Assembly: GCA_040767155.1 (NCBI GenBank) | Contig: JAXGPC010000002.1 | Location: 806,863 to 870,862 of the forward strand | Source: Anaerolineae bacterium | GTDB lineage: Bacteria > Chloroflexota > Anaerolineae > B4-G1 > SLSP01 | Direction: 5' to 3' | Length of the DNA stretch: 64,000 bases | Part shown: piece by piece, positions 1-14,185 of the stretch | Position numbering within the stretch: position 1 is the stretch's first letter | Layout: every line of letters starts with the position of its first letter | The notes under the pieces: generated by a model | Databases searched by the model: none | What the model saw: only the letters and a program-made list of their open reading frames with translations | Told to the model about the DNA's origin: nothing | Program-made: the position numbers and the translations under genes

Positions 1-665
1 TCCCCCATGATCCCGGTGATCGTCACGTTGTTGTCGCTCAGGCGATCCTTCTCCCCTGCCGCCATTGGCACATTCAGCACCTTGGCGAGCTTCCCTGTGC
101 GCTTGGCATGTCCGACGTCCGGTGCCACGAGCACCGAGTTGCTCAGATCCTTCTTGCGGAGGTGCTCCAGGAACACCGAGTGCGCCGTCAGGTGGTCAGT
201 CGGCACCGTGAAGAAGCCGTGCACCTGTGGCGAGTGCAGCGTCATCGTGATGACCTGCGTCGCGCCGGCAGTAACTAACATGTCGGCAACCAGACGCGCC
301 GCAATCGAGATCCGGGGGGCATCCTTCTTGTCCGATCTTGCATAGGAGAAGTAGGGGATCACGGCGCAGACGTCTTTGGCAGCTCCACTACGAGCAATAT
401 CCAACATCAACAGGAGTTCCATCAGGTTGTCGCTGCATGGTGGCGAGAGCGGCTGGACGATGAAGACTTGCTTGCCGCGGACGCTCCTTCCGAGCTGTAC
501 ATAGTAGTCATCGTTGGAGAACTTGGTGATCGTGGTCGGCGAGAGCTCCAGCCCGAGGTAGGTGGCGATGGCCTTTGCCAGAGCGGGATGGGCCTTCCCG
601 CTGAACATCAGGACATCTTGAAGGGCAGGATTGGGCGCGATGCTGGCTTGAGTGTGTTGGTTCAA
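1..665 (-). CDS. prs: Ribose-phosphate pyrophosphokinase (runs off the left window edge)
   Basis: Not in the ORF track. Manual translation from TTG at 665 (RBS AAAGGAG) gives ...MFSGKAHPALAKAIA...TKFSNDD...VRGKQVFIVQ...NLMELLLMLD...VIPYFSYARSDKKDAPRISIAARLVADML, a typical PRPP synthetase N-terminus. Confidence 0.93.
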   Translation of the reverse strand, partial: MNQHTQASIAPNPALQDVLMFSGKAHPALAKAIATYLGLELSPTTITKFSNDDYYVQLGRSVRGKQVFIVQPLSPPCSDNLMELLLMLDIARSGAAKDVCAVIPYFSYARSDKKDAPRISIAARLVADMLVTAGATQVITMTLHSPQVHGFFTVPTDHLTAHSVFLEHLRKKDLSNSVLVAPDVGHAKRTGKLAKVLNVPMAAGEKDRLSDNNVTITGIMG

Positions 666-827
666 TGCTCGCTCCTTTTATGTGGATCCGCTCAGCGTCC
701 TCAACGCTGAACGACGCGTATCACTCATTCTAAAGGGCAATGGATTAGCGTCAACCCGCACCGACTGTGCGGGCCGAGTGACCACGGCCCTTACGCTGAG
801 GCGCGAAGGCTCCTGGATCAGAGCAAC

Positions 828-2792
828 CTACAGGTTTCGAATGACCACAGGCTCGATGGCGTCTGCAGGCTCGAATCCGAAGATGCGCCCGTAGAAGTAC
901 AGCTCAGCATCGAGCGCACGCTTGATGTTTTCCGCCCGACGGAAGCCGTGTTGTTCTCCCTCAAAGGCCAGGTACGCCACGGGGATTCCCTTCCTGTCCA
1001 GAGCCTCTACCATCGTAACCGCTTGAGCAGGAGGAACCACTCGGTCCTCAAGCCCCTGGAAGAAAATCACGGGACAGTTGAGCCCCTCGACGTGGTGGAT
1101 CGGTGAGCGGGCCGTGTACACATCGATCCGTTCGGGGTAGGGACCGATCAGGCGATCGAGGTAACGGGACTCGAACTTGTGGGTGTCGCGTGCCAGCGCC
1201 TCAAGGTCGCTTACACCATAGTGACTGGCCCCACAATGAAACACGTTTCGGAAGGTGAGCGCGCTCAAGGTTGTGTAGCCTCCGGCGCTGCCACCGCGGA
1301 TCGCCAGCCGGCCACCGTCCACGCGCCCTTGCGCGACCAGATACTGAGCCCCTCTGGCGCAGTCATCGACGTCGACGATGCCCCAGCGGTCGCGCAGCAG
1401 ATTGCGGTACGCACGTCCATAGCCCGAGCTGCCGCCATAGTTCACATCCAACACCGCGAAGCCTCTGCTCGTCCAGAACTGGATGCCAAGACTGAGTGCA
1501 CTGGATGTCGCCCCAGTTGGGCCTCCGTGGCTAAAGACGATCAGTGGCGGCTTCTCGCCGGCCGGAGCCGCAAAGTCCCGGTTGTTGGGAGCGTAGAAGA
1601 GCCCATAGGCCGTCCGGCCTTCTTCCGATGGGAAAGCCAACGACTCTGGCACAGACAGATAGCCCGGGTCAATATCGAGCGACATTGAACGTTTTATAAC
1701 GGTTTGAGCGCCTGACGCAAGGTCGATCGACACAATAGCACCGGGCAGCGTGGGCGCGCCGCCGCGGAACACGACGCGTTGGCCATCGGTCAAGATGCCT
1801 GAGATACTGGTGTAGGGTGTATCGATTGGTGTTAGAGACCCTGTTGGTACGTCGAGGAATGCCAGATGGTCGATTCCATTCTGGGAGTAGACACAGACGA
1901 TGGTCGAAGCTGTGACGTAGGCGTGGGTCGACAGACCTAGCCCCCATTGGGGAACGCCGAACTCTGCTTCCATTTCTAGTAGGCAACGCAGAGATGCACC
2001 GTCCTCCCAGCGGTAGAGATTCCACCATCCAGAACGGTCGGAGGCGAAGGTTAGGACGCCATCCGGCGACCACACTGGGCAGAAGATCGACTCGTCAATG
2101 CCACCAGCTACAAGATGCTGGTTCCTGACCGAGCCTTCCTCATCGAGATCAGCCACCCAGAGTTCGGTCCCATCCCAGGGCATATTGGGATGGTTCCACG
2201 TCAGCCAGGCCAGATGCTGGCCGTCGGGGCTCAACCTCGGTGCTGCGTAGAAGTCGTTGCCTGCCACCAGAACGCGCTGCGAGCCGTCGACGAGCGACAC
2301 GGCAGCAATCGTGTTGACCGGGTCGCCGTCGTTCTGTGCCAGTGCCGACTCACTATGGTCTTCGCGGATGCAGACTAGGCGCCCCTCCCGAGCCGTACGC
2401 CCGCGTCCCACGTCCATCACGCAGTCGGCAAAGCGCATCGGCGAAGGCACTGTCAGGTGCTGCGGTTCACCCCCTGTATGGACCCGATAGAGCTGCTGAT
2501 CGGTGAAGTTCGAGAAGTAGACGGTGCCCTGATGGACCAGGACGGCGCCGCCGCCATACTCGTGTACCCGGGTGCGCGCGTTGAAAGGGGGTGGCGTTAC
2601 GTCAGTCACCTCGCCGTCTGCCGACATTCTGACAATGACCTGACGTCCGCCCTCAGCAGGGCGGCCTTCCAGCCAGTAGGTATCACCGCCGTCCAGCAGC
2701 GGCGAACCCAGCGCAATCGTCTGCGAGACGATGAGATCCGACGTGATCGGCGAGGCCCATGTGCCGTAAGCGGCGATCTTGCGTGAAGACAT
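828..2792 (-). CDS. S9 family (prolyl oligopeptidase/acylaminoacyl peptidase-like) serine peptidase
   Basis: YGTWASPI N-terminus, HGGPT, catalytic GGSAGG, GLEDRVV and EQHGF motifs. Start moved to ATG 2792 behind RBS AAGGAG. Confidence 0.92.
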   Translation of the reverse strand: MSSRKIAAYGTWASPITSDLIVSQTIALGSPLLDGGDTYWLEGRPAEGGRQVIVRMSADGEVTDVTPPPFNARTRVHEYGGGAVLVHQGTVYFSNFTDQQLYRVHTGGEPQHLTVPSPMRFADCVMDVGRGRTAREGRLVCIREDHSESALAQNDGDPVNTIAAVSLVDGSQRVLVAGNDFYAAPRLSPDGQHLAWLTWNHPNMPWDGTELWVADLDEEGSVRNQHLVAGGIDESIFCPVWSPDGVLTFASDRSGWWNLYRWEDGASLRCLLEMEAEFGVPQWGLGLSTHAYVTASTIVCVYSQNGIDHLAFLDVPTGSLTPIDTPYTSISGILTDGQRVVFRGGAPTLPGAIVSIDLASGAQTVIKRSMSLDIDPGYLSVPESLAFPSEEGRTAYGLFYAPNNRDFAAPAGEKPPLIVFSHGGPTGATSSALSLGIQFWTSRGFAVLDVNYGGSSGYGRAYRNLLRDRWGIVDVDDCARGAQYLVAQGRVDGGRLAIRGGSAGGYTTLSALTFRNVFHCGASHYGVSDLEALARDTHKFESRYLDRLIGPYPERIDVYTARSPIHHVEGLNCPVIFFQGLEDRVVPPAQAVTMVEALDRKGIPVAYLAFEGEQHGFRRAENIKRALDAELYFYGRIFGFEPADAIEPVVIRNL

Positions 2793-3012
2793 CGTGCAGC
2801 TCCTTGTCCCATGATGTTTGTTAGGGATGCTCCCCAGTCTAGCCCTGACCGCTCCCATGTCCAGTCCACACGCCCTCTTTGGGGAGATGGCGAGTGCCGT
2901 GACGGAAGAGCTGCTCACGGGCCTTAGCATGGCAGCCTCGGATGGTGCCGCGGCTGGAGCTTGACATGGGTCAGATCCAGGTTATAAGTGCCCTGCACCA
3001 GAAACCAGGGCT

Positions 3013-4113
3013 ATGGCACAGAACCACTCACAACCCGAGGATACCTACATCACCCTCGACCGGACTACGCTCGAGACTGTGTTGGAAGCGTGCCTTGTCG
3101 AGACCGAGCTCTCCTCCCTGCGCGAGCGCATTGTCGCCTATCGTGCGGGCGTTAGTGCTCTACCTGCATACCCACGCGCCCTCGCCGCGCCATCCGATGT
3201 GGATACCATCGTATTGCAGCGTGACGCGTTCCTGGGCGAACTAGATCAGATCCTGGCAGCCCGGACCGTGCGTCGTGCGGTCTACTACCTGTCGCGGTTG
3301 CAGAAGGGCATTGGCGAAGCCCGCTGCAGTAGTGTCAACGACATCAACCTCAACCGCTGGAAAGAATACGACGAGGTTCTGACCGATAGCCTCTGGGTCA
3401 TGGACCGCCGTGACACTTCAGGTGCCCATCGGGCCTGGTACTGGGGCAACTTCATTCCGCAGATACCGCGGCAGTTGATGCTGCGCTATACCAGAGCTGG
3501 GGAGTGGGTGTTGGATCCCTTTTCTGGCAGCGGCACGACAATGATCGAGTGCCGCAGGTTGGGGCGCCATGGCATTGGCGTTGAGCTTAGTCCCGACGTG
3601 GCTGCGCGCGCTGCTGAGACCGTGGACAGCGAACCCAATCCCTTCGCGATCACAACCGACATTGTCGTGGGTGATAGTGCGACCATCGACTATGGACCAG
3701 TCCTGGCCTCCCATGCGATCGACCGTGTGCAGTTAGTGGTCCTCCATCCGCCATACCATGACATCATCCAGTTTTCGCGTCACGATGCTGACCTCTCTAA
3801 CGCCCCAACAGTGGAGTCTTTCATCGACAGATTCGCTGTCGTCGTGGAACGGGCCCGCGCCGTGTTGGCTCCGCAGCGTTATCTTGCGGTGGTGATCGGT
3901 GATAAGTATCACGAGGGCGAATGGATCCCGTTGGGGTTTCGCACTATGCAAGTGGTCATGGATCAGGGCTGTACCCTCAAGAGCATCGTCGTGAAGAATC
4001 TCGACCGCACCCGAGCCAAACGCGAACAGCAGGCACTCTGGCGCTACCGTGCGCTCGCGGGCGGCTTCTATGTGTTCAAGCACGAGTACATCTTCGTGTT
4101 CCAGACGCCATAG
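3013..4113 (+). CDS. N4-C/N6-A DNA methyltransferase, orphan
   Basis: SAM-binding VLDPFSGSGTT followed by catalytic-like LHPPY; GNFIPQIP segment; C-terminal HEYIFVF. Confidence 0.85.
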   Translation: MAQNHSQPEDTYITLDRTTLETVLEACLVETELSSLRERIVAYRAGVSALPAYPRALAAPSDVDTIVLQRDAFLGELDQILAARTVRRAVYYLSRLQKGIGEARCSSVNDINLNRWKEYDEVLTDSLWVMDRRDTSGAHRAWYWGNFIPQIPRQLMLRYTRAGEWVLDPFSGSGTTMIECRRLGRHGIGVELSPDVAARAAETVDSEPNPFAITTDIVVGDSATIDYGPVLASHAIDRVQLVVLHPPYHDIIQFSRHDADLSNAPTVESFIDRFAVVVERARAVLAPQRYLAVVIGDKYHEGEWIPLGFRTMQVVMDQGCTLKSIVVKNLDRTRAKREQQALWRYRALAGGFYVFKHEYIFVFQTP

Positions 4114-4116
4114 GAT

Positions 4117-4144
4117 TTGCGAACTCTTCTTTTTACACTAGAAT
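4117..4144 (+). promoter_or_regulatory. Putative sigma70-type promoter for the kinase operon
   Basis: TTGCGA-16 nt-TAGAAT in an AT-rich gap upstream of 4207. Confidence 0.5.
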
Positions 4145-4206
4145 CTGATCTGCCTGACTGACGGTGGGCGGCTCAACGAACTATCTCCACAGAGGAGCGG
4201 TGTACT

Positions 4207-8241
<4,035 letters not shown>

Positions 8242-8251
8242 GGAGGAGTGG

Positions 8252-8635
8252 GTGAAGCGGACTGTGCTGTATATCGAGGATCAGTACCACAACCGTCGTC
8301 TTGTTGAAAAGGTCCTGAGCGCTCGTGGGTATGAGGTGCTGCTGGCGGAGGATGGCCCTACCGGCTGGGAGATCCTGAAGGAACGCCGTCCTTCGCTGGT
8401 GCTTCTGGATATCGCGCTTCCGGGTGGACTGGATGGACTCGATGTCGCGGCACGCATCAAGGCGGATCAGGACCTCCGGGGAATATGGGTCATTGCGGTC
8501 ACGGCCTCAGCCATGCATGGCGATCGCGAGCGGTTTCTGAGCCGGGGCTGTGATGACTATCTGTCCAAGCCGCTCCAGATGCGTGAGTTGCTGGCCAGGG
8601 TCGATGGTTTCTTCGAAAGGCAGGGAAGCGGATGA
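8252..8635 (+). CDS. Single-domain response regulator (DivK/CheY-like)
   Basis: YIED, LLDIALP, AVTA, LSKP motifs; RBS AGGAGG. Confidence 0.93.
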   Translation: MKRTVLYIEDQYHNRRLVEKVLSARGYEVLLAEDGPTGWEILKERRPSLVLLDIALPGGLDGLDVAARIKADQDLRGIWVIAVTASAMHGDRERFLSRGCDDYLSKPLQMRELLARVDGFFERQGSG

Positions 8636-9012
8636 AGACGATTTTGATCATGGAGGACAATGCACACCAGTCCCGTCTGATGCGACGGCTGCTGGAGCAC
8701 GCGGGATATGTGGTGCTCGAGGCCGCGGACGGTGAGAGCGGTCTTCGTACCGCAATGACCTCGATCCCGGATCTCATCCTTCTGGACATGGGACTGCCTG
8801 ATCTGGATGGGCAGACGGTTGTGGGTCTCCTCAAGGGTTCCACGCTGCTGGCTCAGACCCCGGTGGTCGCCGTGACTGCCTGGCCTGAGGACTATGCTGC
8901 GGAGATGGCGAAGGCCTACGGGTGTGATGGCTATCTCTCCAAACCCATCAGTGCGCATTTGTTCGCGGAGCAGGTGGGTGCCTATCTGCGCCCGGTGCAT
9001 AGGGGAGCCTGA
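8632..9012 (+). CDS. Single-domain response regulator (DivK/CheY-like)
   Basis: IMED, LLDMGLP, AVTA, LSKP motifs; ATGA overlap with the previous gene. Confidence 0.93.
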   Translation: MKTILIMEDNAHQSRLMRRLLEHAGYVVLEAADGESGLRTAMTSIPDLILLDMGLPDLDGQTVVGLLKGSTLLAQTPVVAVTAWPEDYAAEMAKAYGCDGYLSKPISAHLFAEQVGAYLRPVHRGA

Positions 9013-9016
9013 GCCT

Positions 9017-9895
9017 GTGCCAACACGTGCTCCTTTGCCGGGCCCACGGCCACCGTGTGAGCTGGTGCCTGCATCGGCTTACACCGTCGAGGCACTCACT
9101 GAGGCGTATAACCAGACCCGTGTCGACTACATTGTGCCCATGCCGATGAACCCAGCCCGGCTCCAGGCGTATATCGATGACTACGGCATCGATCTCGATC
9201 GCTCTGTTGTCGCACGTGACAGTGACGGAATCCTGGGTCTGGCGATGCTGGGGACGCGCCCTGGCCGCACCTGGATCACACGTCTGGGTGTGCTACCAGT
9301 CCGGAGGCGTGGGGGGACTGGGGAGGCCATGATGCGTTACCTGATCGATCAGTCACGCGACCTGAGAGTCGATGAGGTTATCCTCGAAGTGATCAAGGAC
9401 AACGAGCCCGCACATCAGCTCTTCCTCAAACTTGGGTTCGTTGAGACCCGCGAACTCCTGATCCTCCGGCGCCCGCCGGGAGCCCCCCGTGAGGTTGTGC
9501 CGCCCTATAAGGTCACTGTGGGGGACCGCGACGCGGCATTGTCTCTGCTCCAGAGACGCCAGAGCGTACCTTCATGGTTGGATGATCTGCCCACACTACG
9601 CAGAACCGACAATCTCGGTTGTCTTGAGGTCGAGTTTGGTGATGGCAGCTACGGTTGGCTCACATACCAGAGTGACGTTTTCCAGCTCGGCCGGCTGGTC
9701 GTACAGGCCGAAGCTGGCGATCCGGCCCAAGTAGCTCAGGTGCTTGCCCACGCGCTGCACACGGCGCACCCGATCCAGGACACCAAGACCGAGAACTTCC
9801 CGGCTGCAGATCCTCACCTGGCGGGGCTTTTCGCGATGCGCTACCTCGAGTCGTTCCGGCGCATCGAGATGCGGCTGGACCTCAGGGGCTCCTGA
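9017..9895 (+). CDS. GNAT family N-acetyltransferase
   Basis: LGVLPVRRRGGTGEAMM acetyl-CoA motif and LEVIKDNEPAHQLFLKLGF. GTG start at 9017 just after the receiver gene. Confidence 0.82.
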   Translation: MPTRAPLPGPRPPCELVPASAYTVEALTEAYNQTRVDYIVPMPMNPARLQAYIDDYGIDLDRSVVARDSDGILGLAMLGTRPGRTWITRLGVLPVRRRGGTGEAMMRYLIDQSRDLRVDEVILEVIKDNEPAHQLFLKLGFVETRELLILRRPPGAPREVVPPYKVTVGDRDAALSLLQRRQSVPSWLDDLPTLRRTDNLGCLEVEFGDGSYGWLTYQSDVFQLGRLVVQAEAGDPAQVAQVLAHALHTAHPIQDTKTENFPAADPHLAGLFAMRYLESFRRIEMRLDLRGS

Positions 9896-12800
9896 CGAGG
9901 GTGTTGGCGAGCACGGCGGAAAGTGCTTCGATGGTGGGAGGCTTGCCCAGCCAGCCAGCGAAACCATGCTCCTGAGGTGTCTGTAGCTCGTCGTTGGCTG
10001 GATGGCCGCTCAAGAAGACGACGGGAAGGTCTATCCCGCGACGCTCCATCGCCTGGAGCAGTGCGCGTCCGCCCATCTCGGGCATCACCCAATCGCTCAA
10101 CACCAGCGCAATGTCTTCGGGACTGCGCTCCAACACGGCGAGGGCTTCCTGTCCGTTGGCGGCCTCTACCGCGCGGTAGTCGAGCACCTCGAGCGTGCGT
10201 ACCACCGCCTCGCGCACCGTGGCGTTGTCCTCTACGACAAGGATCACCTCGCCCTGACCGCGGGTGCATGCCTGTGAGCGTTCGGGATCTCCTGGCAGAG
10301 GCGACCTATCGAGGAGGGGCAGGTAGATGTCGAAGGCGGTGCCTGTGCCCGGAGCGGTGTGAACCTGGATATGCCCGTGGTGTTGCTTGACGATGCCGTA
10401 GACCTGGGCCAATCCCAATCCAGTCCCCTGGCCAGGTCCCTTGGTCGTGAAGAAGGGTTCGAACAGGTGCGCCTGCACGTCTGCATCCATCCCACTACCC
10501 GTATCGCGCATTTCGAGTTTCGCCCAACGGCCCGGGGCCATCTCGACCAGGGGGGCGGCGTCGCCCTCGCTGATCGTGAGCCGCATCACACTCATCGTGA
10601 GCGTGCCACCTTCGGGCATAGCATCGCGGGCATTGACTACCAGGTTCGTGACCAGTTGCTGCAGCCGGGTCACGTCGGCACTGACATAGATCGAGGCTGG
10701 TGTGTCTGACGCGTCCGCATCAGACGCGCCAGCTTGAATCTCCACCCTGATATCATCGGGCAGTGTGCGCGCCAGCAATGCCGCCTGCTCTGTCACGAAC
10801 GCAGCCAGATTCACTGGTTGCGGATCGAGCATCGCGCGGCGACCAAAGTCAAGGATCTGCTGAACCAGACTGGCAGCGTGGTGTGCCTGGTCGAAGATGG
10901 TCGCAATGTAGGAACGGAGCCGCGTGGGCAAGCTCTTATCCTGCAGGCCCATCTGAGCATAGAGCACGATCACGGCCAGGATATTGTTGAAGTCGTGAGC
11001 GATCCCCGCCGCAAGCTGTCCGACGGCTGCCAGACGCTCCTGGCGCGACATCTCGTTCTGCACCTGGCGTGCGTGCGTCACGTCCGAAATAAGGACAACA
11101 TAGCTCTCAGGCTCGGGGCCACTCGACGCCGGGTGCGGGGTAACCTCATAGATGCGCCCATCACTGCGTATCTCGTGTCCCAGTCCCTCCGGGGGCGTGG
11201 CGATCAGTTCCGTGAGCGGGCGCCCCCCCAGCGAGACGAGCGCGCCATTACCGTCAACCTGTGCCAACTGGCCGAGCTCGCTTTCTGCGGCAGGATTGGC
11301 GAGGATGATCCGGCCTCTGTGATCGACCAGGAGCACGGCTTCGGGGACGCTGTCCAGGATCGCCTGGATGCGTTGAGCGTGCTCCAGGCTTTGGCGGAAT
11401 AGGCGGATGTTGGACAGAGCCGCCGCCACGTGATTTGCCAGCGTCTCCAGCAGCACCAGGTCGTGGTCTGTGTACGCCGTGGGGCGATAGGATTGCGTTG
11501 TGAGCACGCCGATGACCTCGTCGTTGGCGCGCAAGGGGACTGCCAGATAGGATCGCACCGGATCCGGTGTCCCAAAGTGCACGATGGCAATTTCATTGTG
11601 CGGGTGACTCTCGTCGATGACGATTGATTCGCCGTGGGCTATTACATAGCCGGTCATCCCCTCACCGGCGCGGAGGCGGACTGTGGGAGCCCGCCCGCCT
11701 CTATCGATGGCGTAGACTACCTCATTGTCGCCGCCCACCGGATCTTTCAGGGCGATTGCGAAGGCTTCTGCGGGCATCAGCCGGGCGACCACGCGGTGCA
11801 CGCTTGCGTAGACACGTTCCGGGTCGATGCCGGCAGCAACCACCTCCTGGCTGGCGTTGTGCAGGGCCTCCAGTTCGGCCAGTTGCCGGCGCATCCCTTG
11901 CTCCAGGCGCAGCCGCTCGATGGCGGTTGCCAGCTGCCCTGCGATCGTCACAAGCAGGCGCTCGTCATCGGCGGAAAAGCGGCCCACACTGGGGCTTTCG
12001 GCGTTGATCACCGCAATCACGCGCTCACCGATCTTCACAGGAACCGCCAGCTCGGACCGCGTGGTTGGTGAATCCGCGATGAAGTTGGTCTCCGTCTGAG
12101 CATCATCGACGCGCCGCGGCCGTCGTTCCAGCACAACCTGGCCGACAGTGCCGTTCCCCGGGCGGATGGCACTCACAGGCTTGCCCTCGCGTTGATGGTA
12201 TGACGCGTGAGGGTACGACACACCGGCTTCGTCCGTCAGGAGAAACCCGAAGTCATCTGTGTAGAGCGCCTCGCTGATCAGATGGGTAAGATCCACGATG
12301 AGCTGGTCTTCGTCCGCGGCACGAGAGCACGTTGTTGCCACAGCGTGCAGCGAGGACAACTCCTTGAGTTGTCGCAGTGCAGTCTCAGCCAGCTGCCGGT
12401 ACCTCTCTTCGCTTTCCTGCAACTCGGCTGTGCGTTTCCGAATAAGCGAATCTGTGGCTACCTCGCGGTTGCGCAGCGAGCCGATGTAGGCTGCTGAGAG
12501 CGCTGATAGCAGCGTTCCCGCCACAGCGACCGCCCAACTGCCGCGCCACGGGGACAGACTGCGTTCGGCCTCTGATGCATGTGTGACGATCGCCCACGCC
12601 TGTCCATGGGCGAATAGCGGGCGTACTTCGGTGATCGCGAACCGGTCAGCGTGCGATGTGTCAACGATGGCGGGCTGGCCCCGGATGCCCTCATCGGGGT
12701 GCGTGGCCATCAACTGAAGGCTCCCATCGATGCGGAGGTCAGCCAGGTGCAGGGGCGTTACACTCCCCCGGTTCTGATAGGGCTTCAGCGCCAGGTCAAC

Positions 12801-14165
12801 CAGTGACTGCAGGCGGACCTCTGCGGCCATGAACCCGATCGGGTACCGGCTCATCTGATCTTGCTCTCTATTGGCCTGCGCGTAGACTGGCCGCGCGATG
12901 AGAATGCCAAGCTCGCCATTTTCCGCGAACGCCAACGGGTAGGCGTCGCTCGCCGCGGTAAGCCCTGTCTTTGCTGCTGCTTCCAGGGTCGCTCTCCAGT
13001 GTGGAACCGAACCCATATCGAGCCCGATCTGGGCCTGGCTGTCGCTCCAGGGTTCAGCGCATCGGATGGGATACGCGAGTCCCGCATCCGATGTCGCGAC
13101 ACGCTCGCCCTCTCTGCCAGACTGCCACACGTGGAAGTCCGGGATTCCGTCGCCCCGGGCTTCAGCTTCCAGTGCCGGGATCTCGCTCGCCTTGACCACG
13201 CGGATCCAGTAGAACCCCTGGATGGCCCTAGAACTCGCCAGCGGCCCGGCGAATATGGAGAGTTCACGACAGTCGACGCGTTGGCTGCTGCCGTGGAAGC
13301 GGACGGCGGCTGCGATGCCGTTGCTGATGTCCTGCAGAGTGCTGGCTACGGCCTCGACATGGGAGTCGCTTGTTGCGAGAATGGCGCGCCTGTAATCACG
13401 CGTCTCGGCGTCGCGCACGATCAGGGTCGCGAGCGCTGTCAAGATCAGGCCCGAGAGCGCCACACCCAGAGTCTCGAGGTGTCTGAGCCAGAGAGCTGTG
13501 TGCGAACCCTGACGGTCGCGCCAACCGATCGCTAACGCGATGCTGACATAGATCGTGGCAAGTGCACAGGCCACAACCCACACGGGTCTGCGCACTGTGT
13601 TCAGATCAGCACGCCAGGTATCAGCAAGGATGTCGATGCCGACCACCATCGCGACCTCGCCGGTCTCCGGAACCACGACCGGCGCCAGTGCAGAGACGAA
13701 GGTGCCATATTCGTCTGTATCTGGTCCTGTCGTATAGGGTAAACCGGATGCAAAGATCTCGTAATCGGCCGGCTGGGGTTGCTGATAGATGGTGCCAGGA
13801 GGGCTAGCCATAGGGTCGTTCTCGTCGTAGGTCTCCGGGCCAAAGACCAGGTTCCCATCTCGTAGCGCGAGCGTGTAGACCCCCCTGGGTTTGATCAGGC
13901 GACCATAGGACGTCAATTGGTTGCGGAGCAGTGCGAAAGCCGGCGTTGCTCGGTCGGCTGCAGTGAAGGTGAGTCGGGCTACGAGCTCGGGGTCGATGGC
14001 CTGAGCGATGCTCCGCGCCTGGTGCAGTAGCCCTGCGCGCATTTCCTCATCGGCAATCCTCGCACGCCACTCCCCGACCCAGGCACCGCTTACCAGCAGC
14101 GCGGCAACGATACCCACGACGACGAGGGGGTTCTGGACCAGGCCGTTTCGTTTTCGCGATGTCAT
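9882..14165 (-). CDS. Membrane-bound hybrid sensor kinase (extracellular sensor + CHASE-like, 2xGAF, PAS, HisKA, HATPase, REC)
   Basis: Several TM segments; [16 protein letters not shown]-box; NLVVNARDAM; FEPFFTTK; GTGLGL; C-terminal receiver (VVEDN...SDWVMP). Confidence 0.93.
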   Translation of the reverse strand: MTSRKRNGLVQNPLVVVGIVAALLVSGAWVGEWRARIADEEMRAGLLHQARSIAQAIDPELVARLTFTAADRATPAFALLRNQLTSYGRLIKPRGVYTLALRDGNLVFGPETYDENDPMASPPGTIYQQPQPADYEIFASGLPYTTGPDTDEYGTFVSALAPVVVPETGEVAMVVGIDILADTWRADLNTVRRPVWVVACALATIYVSIALAIGWRDRQGSHTALWLRHLETLGVALSGLILTALATLIVRDAETRDYRRAILATSDSHVEAVASTLQDISNGIAAAVRFHGSSQRVDCRELSIFAGPLASSRAIQGFYWIRVVKASEIPALEAEARGDGIPDFHVWQSGREGERVATSDAGLAYPIRCAEPWSDSQAQIGLDMGSVPHWRATLEAAAKTGLTAASDAYPLAFAENGELGILIARPVYAQANREQDQMSRYPIGFMAAEVRLQSLVDLALKPYQNRGSVTPLHLADLRIDGSLQLMATHPDEGIRGQPAIVDTSHADRFAITEVRPLFAHGQAWAIVTHASEAERSLSPWRGSWAVAVAGTLLSALSAAYIGSLRNREVATDSLIRKRTAELQESEERYRQLAETALRQLKELSSLHAVATTCSRAADEDQLIVDLTHLISEALYTDDFGFLLTDEAGVSYPHASYHQREGKPVSAIRPGNGTVGQVVLERRPRRVDDAQTETNFIADSPTTRSELAVPVKIGERVIAVINAESPSVGRFSADDERLLVTIAGQLATAIERLRLEQGMRRQLAELEALHNASQEVVAAGIDPERVYASVHRVVARLMPAEAFAIALKDPVGGDNEVVYAIDRGGRAPTVRLRAGEGMTGYVIAHGESIVIDESHPHNEIAIVHFGTPDPVRSYLAVPLRANDEVIGVLTTQSYRPTAYTDHDLVLLETLANHVAAALSNIRLFRQSLEHAQRIQAILDSVPEAVLLVDHRGRIILANPAAESELGQLAQVDGNGALVSLGGRPLTELIATPPEGLGHEIRSDGRIYEVTPHPASSGPEPESYVVLISDVTHARQVQNEMSRQERLAAVGQLAAGIAHDFNNILAVIVLYAQMGLQDKSLPTRLRSYIATIFDQAHHAASLVQQILDFGRRAMLDPQPVNLAAFVTEQAALLARTLPDDIRVEIQAGASDADASDTPASIYVSADVTRLQQLVTNLVVNARDAMPEGGTLTMSVMRLTISEGDAAPLVEMAPGRWAKLEMRDTGSGMDADVQAHLFEPFFTTKGPGQGTGLGLAQVYGIVKQHHGHIQVHTAPGTGTAFDIYLPLLDRSPLPGDPERSQACTRGQGEVILVVEDNATVREAVVRTLEVLDYRAVEAANGQEALAVLERSPEDIALVLSDWVMPEMGGRALLQAMERRGIDLPVVFLSGHPANDELQTPQEHGFAGWLGKPPTIEALSAVLANTLVRSP

Positions 14166-14185
14166 AGCCTCTCAGAGTCGCGGGA

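Noticed and set aside
2961-2988. TTGACA-16-TATAAG promoter before the methyltransferase
   Set aside because: The -10 lacks the conserved final T; plausible but too weak to list.
3013-4113. Restriction-modification or other defence island around the methyltransferase
   Set aside because: Flanking genes are a peptidase and a sensor kinase; no nuclease, ATPase or specificity subunit is seen.
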